Part shown: positions 8,047-15,138 of the stretch, piece by piece
How positions within the stretch are numbered: the first letter of the stretch is position 1
Layout: each line of letters opens with the position of its first letter
IMG/VR virus record: IMGVR_UViG_3300032007_000176
Span: 1-41,399 of that record
DNA: 41,399 nt
Reading direction: 5' to 3' (one strand)
From: a virus
Notes under the pieces: generated by a model
Told to the model about the DNA's origin: nothing
The model's database searches: none
The model's input: only the letters and a program-made list of their open reading frames with translations
Translations under genes and position numbers: made by a program

Positions 8047-9208
8047 AAAATGGGGCATTCTCAGCTGGCCCGAATGGGTCGTCACTTGGAAACTCTTCAG
8101 GGTTCAGTATGTACTTCGGATGCGTCTGTCCTTTCTTCCTTGTCTCTGGTGGTTGCTCAATGATGAAGCGGCGATTCAGCGCCACCTTCAAATTGTCGAG
8201 CAGTGACGGGTTGCTTGTCACACCTCCTCGACTCTTGAAGATGCCCTTTATCTTTTCCTTTGTGGCGGGCCAGTCGATATCAAACCGGCCGACTTGTAGC
8301 CACTCTTTTATCTGTTCGGGCTTCTCGTTCAGGCTTGGCTCTGTGTTCAGTTGCGCAGGTTCACCCCACACCTTTGTGTTTTCGACTTGAAATTTCCAAT
8401 CGGGGACGTCGCGTCCACGTGCTTTTTTTTGACTGACGGTGAACGTAGCAGTGCCTGTGGTTGGGTTCTTCTCTTTCTTCGTCTCGAAAATGTCCGTCAC
8501 CTTGCGCTCAAGCATCGAACCAAGATGTCCCACCAGTTTGTCAGCGCCGGGGTTCTGGTGAACGAGGCACCACAGTGAGATGTTGTAGTGTGTGGCTGCT
8601 TGCATGCACTTGTATATGAGCTCTTGGCACTCGGTGTTGCTATTGAAGTCGTTCACCACGTCAAGCAGTCCGTCTATGAACACTGCTGTGGGGTTGTACT
8701 CGTAGATAGCTTTCAGCGTTAGCCTCCAGCGCATCACGGCCGCACTGACGTCTTTCTTGTCGCTCGTCGCTTCGCGCAGCATCAGCACCACGAAGTCGTC
8801 GTAGTTCTCGCCGATCCGCCTGCCTGCCATGCTCAGCACGCGGTTCTTCATGGCTATGGTGTTTGCCTTTTCCATCTCGGTGTCGATGTAGAGCACGCGC
8901 GGCTCTGGTATCGCCTCCGAGAGGTTGTAGTGTAGGTTGCCGAAGTCGCCGCATAGAATGGCCGCAATGAACTGCGCAATGGTCATTGTCTTACCGTTGC
9001 CGCTTTGGCCTGTTATGGCGTGGATACCTCCCAGTGGTGCGAAGCCTACATCATTCCAAGTCAGCAGGAACTGCGGCGGTTCGTATGGCTCGGTGAAGTC
9101 GAGTCGGTACGGCTCAGGCTCCACGCCGAACCAGTTATCCGACGCCAAGAATGTAGGCACTGGCACTGACGAATCAAGCGGTGGTAGTTTGTCTTTCTCT
9201 TCTTCCAT
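8045..9208 (-). CDS. RecA-fold P-loop ATPase, putative replicative helicase or primase partner
   Basis: 387 aa. Walker A is AITGQSGNGKTMT and Walker B-like is AVFIDGLLD. The gene lies next to the primase. Confidence 0.65.
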   Translation of the reverse strand: MEEEKDKLPPLDSSVPVPTFLASDNWFGVEPEPYRLDFTEPYEPPQFLLTWNDVGFAPLGGIHAITGQSGNGKTMTIAQFIAAILCGDFGNLHYNLSEAIPEPRVLYIDTEMEKANTIAMKNRVLSMAGRRIGENYDDFVVLMLREATSDKKDVSAAVMRWRLTLKAIYEYNPTAVFIDGLLDVVNDFNSNTECQELIYKCMQAATHYNISLWCLVHQNPGADKLVGHLGSMLERKVTDIFETKKEKNPTTGTATFTVSQKKARGRDVPDWKFQVENTKVWGEPAQLNTEPSLNEKPEQIKEWLQVGRFDIDWPATKEKIKGIFKSRGGVTSNPSLLDNLKVALNRRFIIEQPPETRKKGQTHPKYILNPEEFPSDDPFGPAENAPF

Positions 9209-9212
9209 GTGA

Positions 9213-9253
9213 TTAAAAAATTAAACCACAGACGCGAGTGTGCGCCTGTGGTT
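9213..9253 (-). terminator. Candidate intrinsic terminator after the DUF3127 gene
   Basis: An 8-bp stem (AACCACAG 9224-9231 with CTGTGGTT 9246-9253) and a 14-nt loop. On the minus strand TAATTTTTTAATC follows. Confidence 0.5.
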
Positions 9254-9273
9254 ATTTCCATTTTGGAAAATGT

Positions 9274-9678
9274 TCAGAATGGCAGGTCACTGCCGTCTGC
9301 CGGAGTTTCCTTTGGCGTCTCTGGTGTCGGTGCCGGCGACAGCGGCGGCTGTATGGTCGGTTCTTTTGGTTTATCGCCTGGCATACGGATGAGCTCCAAC
9401 TTATACACGCGCAGCTGGTTGTAGTATTGCACCACGCCGTCCTTGTTTGTCCACTCTCGAACACTGTGGCCAAACCCGACGCACACCTCTGCACCTTCCA
9501 CCACCTTGAGCGCCTGCTTAACGTCTAAAGCCTCCAAAAACACCCTGTCCGGATAGCGGTCGTGCTCATGCTCAAAATATTCGAAGATGAACGGCTGAAC
9601 CGTCCATTCCTTTCCTGTCTGTTGGCTGATTCCCGTCCGCGCAGGCAGTACTTGTGAAATTCGTCCATTAAATTCCAT
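9274..9678 (-). CDS. DUF3127-like protein with an SSB-type acidic C-terminal tip
   Basis: The N terminus MEFNGRISQVLPARTGISQQTGKEWTVQPFIFEY resembles Bacteroidota DUF3127. A Pro-rich linker follows, and the protein ends in DGSDLPF, close to the D-D-D-I-P-F tip of bacterial SSB. Confidence 0.6.
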   Translation of the reverse strand: MEFNGRISQVLPARTGISQQTGKEWTVQPFIFEYFEHEHDRYPDRVFLEALDVKQALKVVEGAEVCVGFGHSVREWTNKDGVVQYYNQLRVYKLELIRMPGDKPKEPTIQPPLSPAPTPETPKETPADGSDLPF

Positions 9679-9916
9679 CGTTCTCGTCCTCCTCTTCGTC
9701 TTCGTTATATACGTCTAATTCCTTGCGCACCCACTTTGGAAGCAGAATCTTTAGGCCGCCAAAGCTAAGGAATACAAGCCACATGAAGCCTATCAGGTTG
9801 GGCCACCCAAGGCTTTCTTCTCCGTAAGGTGCGCGCGGGCCACCACTCAACAGCAAAATGCACGGGAAGCAGACCAGCCATGTCAATAACACGGCGAAAA
9901 TTCTCTTTTTTGTCAT
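9668..9916 (-). CDS. Small membrane protein
   Basis: 82 aa with two hydrophobic segments (FAVLLTWLVCFPCILLL and LIGFMWLVFLSFGGL) and an acidic tail. Confidence 0.5.
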   Translation of the reverse strand: MTKKRIFAVLLTWLVCFPCILLLSGGPRAPYGEESLGWPNLIGFMWLVFLSFGGLKILLPKWVRKELDVYNEDEEEDENDGI

Positions 9917-9950
9917 AGCTCTTTCTTTTAAAAAGGTTAAACATACACGT

Positions 9951-10030
9951 GGGAACGGAGGGAATCGAACCCTCGCTCAGTCGAAGCTGGATGTGTTGCT
10001 CGGTTGCTCCATTTACCGGCTTTCGTTCCC
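9951..10030 (-). other. tRNA-like element 1 (T-arm plus 7-bp acceptor stem, no cloverleaf)
   Basis: The minus strand reads GGGAACG...(49 nt)...GAGGG-TTCGATT-CCCTC-CGTTCCC. The T-arm and acceptor pairing are perfect. Every 5-bp/7-nt anticodon-arm register was tested by hand and no D-arm or anticodon arm was found. Confidence 0.4.
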
Positions 10031-10244
10031 AAGTCGCTGGCAGCCACCGCCACCAGCTGATTTCTTTGTGTGTAACTGTCGGCTCACGCTCACGCGCTCC
10101 TGACCGCCGCACGCCGCTGCGTGCTTAAAAAATAAAATATAACGTTATGAATCTGAAAAGATGCTAACAAAACGGCGTGCACGCTCACGCGCTTGGCCGT
10201 CATCAAAAGAAAACGATTAAAAGCATGTGATAACATTTGAAATA

Positions 10245-10304
10245 GCTTGTAGCGCAACAGGGAGTCGAACCCTGCGGCGCTTCCTTTCCACACCGCTGCA
10301 AGCT
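10245..10304 (-). other. tRNA-like element 2 (T-arm hairpin inside an 11-bp stem)
   Basis: The minus strand reads AGCTTGCAGCG...CAGGG-TTCGACT-CCCTG-TTG-CGCTACAAGCT. The T-arm is canonical and the outer stem pairs 10 of 11 positions. There is no anticodon arm. Confidence 0.35.
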
Positions 10305-10516
10305 GTCTTAACGATTTTGCGCGTTTTGCGCATCCCTTCCTCTCGCGGCGGCTATATTTCCACGTGCGGAACCGTCCGCACATTTCATTTCTTTTAGGCC
10401 CGTAATGAGTCCTTTTCGCGTGGTCACGGCGCCCGATGGCGCTGCACGTTACTTTTCTCATTTTCTTGTGTTTGTATGGAAGTCTGTCAAAGAGCGATGT
10501 GCCTTGCGGCTTTATC

Positions 10517-10813
10517 CTAACGAGTGCCCGCTTGGCACTCGCTGAATCTCAACTGGTCGTTGTCAATCATGCGCTGAATTCTGTTGCGGCCGTAGGCCCA
10601 GCCCGTGCGGTGCTCCACGCCGTTCTCGTCCTTCACGACTGCTTGAATGCGCGGAAGCAGATGGCCGTATCGCTTTATCCATGAAGGCGTGAACATCTGG
10701 AACTGCTCGCACACCTCCATGCCCGACAGCCACTTCTCATCGAGAGTGTCAACAGCTTGGCTCACTGCCGTCTTCACGGCTGCCATGATTTCATTTCTTG
10801 TGATCGCGTCCAT
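10517..10813 (-). CDS. Hypothetical DNA-binding protein, excisionase or early-regulator candidate
   Basis: 98 aa. It is the first minus-strand gene leaving the repressor/integrase switch region. KWLSGMEVCEQF...LLPRIQ...WAYGRNRIQRMI loosely resembles HTH_17/Xis-type proteins. Confidence 0.35.
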   Translation of the reverse strand: MDAITRNEIMAAVKTAVSQAVDTLDEKWLSGMEVCEQFQMFTPSWIKRYGHLLPRIQAVVKDENGVEHRTGWAYGRNRIQRMIDNDQLRFSECQAGTR

Positions 10814-10849
10814 TGTTAATATTGCTTAATATTTTAGTCAATCTTAAAA

Positions 10850-11033
10850 GCAAGCGGGCAGAAAGCCTTATATTTGCACGCACCTATTAGCTCGACATCG
10901 CTATGTCGTAGGCCTTCATGGCCCGCTTGCGTTTTTGTCGTTGCAAATATAGGTAAAATGAGGTAAAAAGAGGTAATTCTTGCCAAATTATTAAGATTTA
11001 TTAACATAAAAACGTAAAATCAAGGTAATTTTT
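10850..11033. promoter_or_regulatory. Lysis-lysogeny switch region with opposed -7 boxes, inverted repeats and phased AGGTAA repeats
   Basis: A plus-strand TATATTTG lies at 10869-10876 and a minus-strand TATATTTG at 10951-10944. A 10-bp inverted repeat pairs gcaagcgggc (10850-59) with gcccgcttgc (10921-30). A palindrome CGACAT-cgct-ATGTCG lies at 10893-10908. aggtaaaatg, aggtaaaaag and aggtaattct sit in exact 10-bp phase at 10951-10980, with a fourth aggtaatttt at 11024-11033. Confidence 0.45.
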
Positions 11034-11040
11034 GGGGAAA

Positions 11041-11526
11041 ATGGTACGAAATGAGCGTTTTCGGGTAGCTATTGACTACCTTTACAAGAATGGACTCGTT
11101 GCTGACCAACGAGAACTATCAATTAAGACAGGGATTTCGCAGAAATCAATCTCGCAAATCCTAAATAATCGAGTGAAAAAACCTTCAGACGCAACAATTC
11201 GCAGACTAAACGAAGCATTCGGAAACATCTTCAACCCTGCATATTTCCGATGCGAGTCCGATCGCTTGCTGATGGCAGATGATGAGCCCGTGCAAAAAGT
11301 TCCCGACATTATAGACCTCTGCTCTCGTCTGGTTAGCGAGGTGGAAGAACTGCGCAAGGACGTGCGCAAGCAGTTCGACGAGGTAGCTGAGATGCGCGAC
11401 AGCCTACGCGAAGAGCGTAAGGCCATGACGCAGCTCATCCAGCAGCTCGCCGCCCTCGCTCAACCGCAGAAAGGCTACACCTTCCAACCTGCTAAAAAGC
11501 CCCAGAACATCGCCGAAAAGCCATAA
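11041..11526 (+). CDS. XRE/cI-type HTH repressor
   Basis: The track ORF is trimmed to the ATG at 11041. QRELSIKTGISQKSISQILNN is an HTH segment and the C-terminal half is coiled coil. The gene is on the plus strand upstream of int, opposite to the lytic genes. Confidence 0.7.
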   Translation: MVRNERFRVAIDYLYKNGLVADQRELSIKTGISQKSISQILNNRVKKPSDATIRRLNEAFGNIFNPAYFRCESDRLLMADDEPVQKVPDIIDLCSRLVSEVEELRKDVRKQFDEVAEMRDSLREERKAMTQLIQQLAALAQPQKGYTFQPAKKPQNIAEKP

Positions 11527-11607
11527 TGTTTTCCCACATTTTTGCAACTCTCTGATTCCCACACCCCTTTTCAGCCGATTCAAACCCCAAGCGGGTTACC
11601 TTGGAAA

Positions 11608-11675
11608 GGTGCTGAAAACGCTGAAAAGCCGCATAAATAAAGGGTTTCAGGTGAGTTTCAGCACCTTTTGCATTT
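11608..11675 (+). terminator. Candidate terminator after the repressor gene
   Basis: GGTGCTGAAA (11608-17) pairs with TTTCAGCACC (11656-65), with nested pairing in the loop. TTTTGCATTTTGG follows. Confidence 0.35.
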
Positions 11676-11759
11676 TGGCGAAATTGGGCGAAATCGGTGT
11701 ATTTTAGCTATTTTGTTTTACCTATGTTTTCCCCTTCGAAAAGAGGGGAAAACAAAAAA

Positions 11760-12926
11760 ATGAAGATTATGACAACAGTGAACATTGTTTATGACCGCAA
11801 AAACCTGCGCAGAGAGCTGGCTCCCATTGAGATTCGCATCACGCACGAGCGGCGCTCCTTATATATAAATACAGGCGTGCGCGTGCGGCGCGAGCAATTC
11901 GCCTACGACCGCATCGTAAACCACCCGCAGGCGGAGGAACTGAACGAGCGCATCAATATATTGCTGCAACGCACCATCGAGGCCGTGAATGCACGATTGA
12001 AAGACAAACGGGAAATAAGTGTTTCTGAAATAAAAAGGGAAATAGAGAACGGCACTTCGAACAGCGTGCTGGCGTGGATCAAGACGGAAGCCAAGCAAAT
12101 CAACATCAAGCCAGGCACGGCGAAGCATTACGTGACGTTGCAGACGCGGCTGGATGAATTCGGCGGCATTCAAACGTGGCAGGACGTGACGGTGGCGAAC
12201 ATCTACGCATTCGACGCATGGCTGCGTGAGCTTCCCGGCAAGCGCACGAAGATGAGCGAGGCGGGCCGCTACAATTACCACAAGTGTCTTCGCTCGCTGC
12301 TGAATCGCGCAGTCAAGATGGAGCTGCTGACAGCCAACCCCTACGCAAAGATGCGCGGGGAAATCGGGAAAGGCGAGCGGGAAAACATGGAATATCTCGC
12401 GGACACAGAAATCGAGAAGCTGCTGAAGTTCTCGCCGTGCGAAGGCTCTGAGCTGGCTCACGCCCGAGACCTGTTCGTCTTCCAGATGTACACTGGCCTC
12501 TCGTACTCAGACGCGCAGGCATTCGACTTTTCGGCCTACAAGAAGGTGCGCGGCACTTACCGACTGACAGCCGAACGCATAAAGACGGGCGTGCCTTTCG
12601 TCTCGCAGTTGTTGCCTCCGGCGGTGGAAATTTTGGAAAAATACGGCTGGCGGGTGCCACGAATGAGCAACCAAGCGTACAACCGCGCGCTGAAGCAGGT
12701 GGCCACAGCTGCCGGCCTTTCGGTGCGCCTGCACTCGCATCTTGCACGTCACACGTTTGCCACATACATGCTCAGCAACGGCGTGGCCATCGAGAACCTC
12801 TCGAAGATGCTCGGGCACACTAACATCACACGCACCCAGCGTTACGCCAAGGTGCTGGCCGAGTCGGTGCACAGCGACTTCGAGATGATTGCAAGGAAAA
12901 TGAAAAAGAAAAACGCGAAAGCCTAA
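11760..12926 (+). CDS. int: Tyrosine recombinase / phage integrase
   Basis: The track ORF is trimmed to MKIMTTVNIVYD. The C-terminal catalytic region LHSHLARHTFATYML...LGHTNITRTQRYAKV supplies the HxxR and Tyr motifs. Size and N-terminal arm-binding layout match Bacteroidota phage and ICE integrases. Confidence 0.9.
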   Translation: MKIMTTVNIVYDRKNLRRELAPIEIRITHERRSLYINTGVRVRREQFAYDRIVNHPQAEELNERINILLQRTIEAVNARLKDKREISVSEIKREIENGTSNSVLAWIKTEAKQINIKPGTAKHYVTLQTRLDEFGGIQTWQDVTVANIYAFDAWLRELPGKRTKMSEAGRYNYHKCLRSLLNRAVKMELLTANPYAKMRGEIGKGERENMEYLADTEIEKLLKFSPCEGSELAHARDLFVFQMYTGLSYSDAQAFDFSAYKKVRGTYRLTAERIKTGVPFVSQLLPPAVEILEKYGWRVPRMSNQAYNRALKQVATAAGLSVRLHSHLARHTFATYMLSNGVAIENLSKMLGHTNITRTQRYAKVLAESVHSDFEMIARKMKKKNAKA

Positions 12927-12935
12927 GCCTTCGCG
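12903..12935 (-). terminator. Candidate terminator ending the late operon, embedded in the 3' end of int
   Basis: On the minus strand CGCGAA (12935-30) pairs with TTCGCG (12919-14) around a 10-nt loop. TTTTTCTTTTTC follows. Confidence 0.45.
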
Positions 12936-13605
12936 TTCAGGTCGCTCATCATCCGCACGAGGTCGTCTGCTTCCTCCTCAGTGATGGGCGGTTCATCATC
13001 ATCTTCAAACAGCCCAGGGAATAGGTCTGCCGCTGTTTTTCCTTGCGGGTCGCGCATCGCGAAGATGCTGGCGTGAGCGCATTGCGCAAGCAGTTGCTGC
13101 GTGAGCCTGTTGCGCTTTCGGTATCCGCGTATGATGCGTCGAATTTCCCAAAACGACACGTCGTAGAGGAATTCGCGACGTGTGATGCCAATCTCGCCTA
13201 CGAGCAGCTGATAGAGGTCGTAGGCGGTTAGGCGTTTTTTCCTTTTCTGCCTTTTGTGGGTTTGTCTGCAGGCTCATCGGCAGGCACGGCGTAGAATTCG
13301 CCACGCAGCCGCATCACGGTGCCAAGCGCCGTGCCCAGTTCCGTCGGCGTAGCCTCGTTCATCAGGTCCTTATCCGTTACCGGTGCTTGCTCTTCGAGGC
13401 TGTTGTAGTAGGCCGTAATGCTGGCCAACAGCAGGTAGATGGTCTGCCGCACGTCGGGCATTCGTTGCTCGCGAAGCTGTGGTACGGCTTCGAGCCAGAA
13501 GTCGTTGATGTCGCGCTCTGCCAATTGCTTGAACGCGATTTCTGTGGCGTAGCAGTAGCACAGCGTCACTGCTTTGCCTGCAATTTTGATTTCCGATTTT
13601 TTCAT
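12923..13605 (-). CDS. Tail assembly chaperone G-T fusion by programmed -1 frameshift (T part is 12923..13240)
   Basis: The slippery heptamer A AAA AAC lies at 13240-13234, three codons before the G stop. The -1 frame is open from 13273 through track ORF 12923..13159, whose listed M is a GTG. Confidence 0.5.
13228..13605 (-). CDS. Tail assembly chaperone (gpG-like)
   Basis: The track ORF is trimmed to MKKSEIKIAGKAVTL, which has the GGAACT context. 125 aa with an acidic and basic tail. It lies directly after the tail tube genes. Confidence 0.55.
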   Translation of the reverse strand: MKKSEIKIAGKAVTLCYCYATEIAFKQLAERDINDFWLEAVPQLREQRMPDVRQTIYLLLASITAYYNSLEEQAPVTDKDLMNEATPTELGTALGTVMRLRGEFYAVPADEPADKPTKGRKGKNA

Positions 13606-13622
13606 AGTTCCGCTTTTAGAAG

Positions 13623-13679
13623 ATAAAAAAGCCGGCCACTCGCCATCAACCATTAAACCCATGTGTGATGCAAGCGGCC
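13623..13679 (-). terminator. Candidate attenuating terminator after the tube genes
   Basis: On the minus strand GGCCGCTTGC pairs with GCGAGTGGCC (10 bp including 2 G-U pairs) around a 26-nt loop. GGCTTTTTTATC follows. Confidence 0.35.
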
Positions 13680-13696
13680 AGCCCGTGTGTGTGTGA

Positions 13697-14155
13697 TTAG
13701 TCCGACCCCGGCACGATGGCACCGTAGCCGGCCAACGTGAAGTTGTACGTGGCGTTCGATTTGTTCTGAGCCGAGATTTGCAAGTTGGTGATTTTGCACT
13801 GGCCGCTTGCAATGGTCGAGACCACTTCGCGCTGGTTGTCACCCTCCATGACGCAAATCTTCCAGTAGAGCACCTTGTCCACGTTCTCCGGCATAGCTAC
13901 CCAGTCCTCGAAGCTGTTCAGACCCACGGCGCCAGTAAGCAGATCGTCGTTGTCCGTCAGCACGAGGCCGCTGCCGGTTATCTCATAGCTCTGTCCAACG
14001 ACTTCGAATTCCTGTGCGTCGCCAGTCGTATCTTTCGTTGAGCTCTCTTCCGTCTGAGCCGAAAGATGTAGGCTCATCTGCTTGGCAGCTGCAATCACCG
14101 TTGCGGGATTAGCAGTCGTCGAAAGCAGCAATCTGATGTATTGACCTCTTGTCAT
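13697..14155 (-). CDS. Tail tube-like protein, paralogue 2
   Basis: Trimmed to the ATG at 14155. It shares the S/T-STKDTTG motif and overall layout with the upstream ORF. Confidence 0.55.
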   Translation of the reverse strand: MTRGQYIRLLLSTTANPATVIAAAKQMSLHLSAQTEESSTKDTTGDAQEFEVVGQSYEITGSGLVLTDNDDLLTGAVGLNSFEDWVAMPENVDKVLYWKICVMEGDNQREVVSTIASGQCKITNLQISAQNKSNATYNFTLAGYGAIVPGSD

Positions 14156-14156
14156 A

Positions 14157-14570
14157 TTACTGTCCACTTACCGCTCCTGTACCGGTGAATTGTAGGGACG
14201 TTTGCACCGTCTCCCTGTCGTTAAATGTCATGTTCACATCCGTCAGCAGCGCCTCACCTTCGCGAGCGAAAGACGACTGCTGCGCCACAGCGTTGTTGGC
14301 GCCGCGCGTCTCGTCCCAGCCTACACCTACGGCGGCGGCAGCGATGAACATCGAGATGACTGCTCGCAGCTGCGCATCGGTGCTCTGGTAGGTGTCCACC
14401 TGTGCGCTCCACGAAGTCGAAACGATTGTGTCCTTGGAGAACATTCCCGTCGTGTCCTTCGTCGAAGTGTCTTCGGCGTTGCCCGTCAGCGTGATTGAGC
14501 AGTTGGTCGCCTCGTCAAACACCGAGCCGTTCTTCAAAAATCGGAAGTTCTGACCTTTGATTTTACTCAT
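14157..14570 (-). CDS. Major tail (tube) protein candidate
   Basis: 137 aa. ITLTGNAEDTSTKDTTGMFSKDTIVSTSWSAQVD resembles the idvT..d..w.e...g..sws segment of siphovirus tube proteins. Confidence 0.55.
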   Translation of the reverse strand: MSKIKGQNFRFLKNGSVFDEATNCSITLTGNAEDTSTKDTTGMFSKDTIVSTSWSAQVDTYQSTDAQLRAVISMFIAAAAVGVGWDETRGANNAVAQQSSFAREGEALLTDVNMTFNDRETVQTSLQFTGTGAVSGQ

Positions 14571-15000
14571 ATTCGTTCTCTATTATACAGTTGTACGTCA
14601 GCATCGTGTGGTAGCATGGCTTCATCCAGTCCCACGCCACTCCGTTCCCTTGCAAGCTTTCCAGTTGCGGAACAGGGTCCCCGTCGTCTGCCATCGCTAT
14701 GACATAAGCGGCAACAGCCCGGCGCACAAGGCGTGACAGCTCTTTCACCTCGCGCGGGCTCCTTCCGTCCACTTCCACGCTCGCCTGTATGCGGTCTTCC
14801 TCGGCCTCCCAGTCGCAGTCCTTGTCGGTGGGCTGGTTTGTCAGCCCGTCGTCAGTAACGATAATACACGGCAACTGTGTGTTGTCTTGTTCATCGGGCG
14901 CGACTTCAAAACACGTTGAAACGACACGGCCGCCTACGGCTTGCATCAGGTCTGCATCGGCCTTGATAGCGTTGTAGAGGATTTCGTCAAGTTCTACCAT
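14563..15000 (-). CDS. DUF3168-like neck / tail terminator protein
   Basis: 145 aa. The LYNAIKADADLMQAVGGRV...LPCIIV... layout and the position between the capsid and tube genes support the call. Confidence 0.45.
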   Translation of the reverse strand: MVELDEILYNAIKADADLMQAVGGRVVSTCFEVAPDEQDNTQLPCIIVTDDGLTNQPTDKDCDWEAEEDRIQASVEVDGRSPREVKELSRLVRRAVAAYVIAMADDGDPVPQLESLQGNGVAWDWMKPCYHTMLTYNCIIENEYE

Positions 15001-15034
15001 ATCTCTGCTGTGTTCTTACGCATTACTTCTTTGT

Positions 15035-15092
15035 GAAGAAAAGCCTCCGGCGACCTGCTTACCTTTGCGTTGCAGCGGCGAGGCCGCCGGAG
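15035..15092 (-). terminator. Candidate terminator/attenuator after the capsid gene
   Basis: On the minus strand CTCCGGCG (15092-85) pairs with CGCCGGAG (15052-45), with further internal pairing. GCTTTTCTTC follows. Confidence 0.35.
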
Positions 15093-15138
15093 TGCGGAAC
15101 CATGAACTGGTTATCACGAAGAAGAGTGAGTGAGTGTG

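Noticed and set aside
9951-10030. Canonical tRNA gene call, and likewise for 10245-10331.
   Set aside because: The T-arm and acceptor stem are perfect, but I tested every 5-bp/7-nt anticodon-arm register by hand. I found no acceptable anticodon arm, D-arm or U33. The elements are reported as tRNA-like and not as tRNAs. A tRNA-finder run should confirm this.
10090-10461. 123-aa minus-strand track ORF in the gap between the membrane protein gene and the xis-like gene.
   Set aside because: It is Arg/Lys/Ala-biased with no recognisable motif, and it spans the tRNA-like element and several hairpins. The region looks non-coding.
11697-11759. N-terminal extensions of track ORFs: int 11697, lipoprotein 26365, avd 29496, chaperone 13842, DUF3310 37889, repeat protein 36495, holin-like 34622, orf87 40042, cI 11032.
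   Set aside because: The extensions overlap upstream genes, hairpins or repeat arrays and have odd composition. Internal ATGs give the expected family N termini, signal peptide or GGAACTATG context. Start choices remain predictions.
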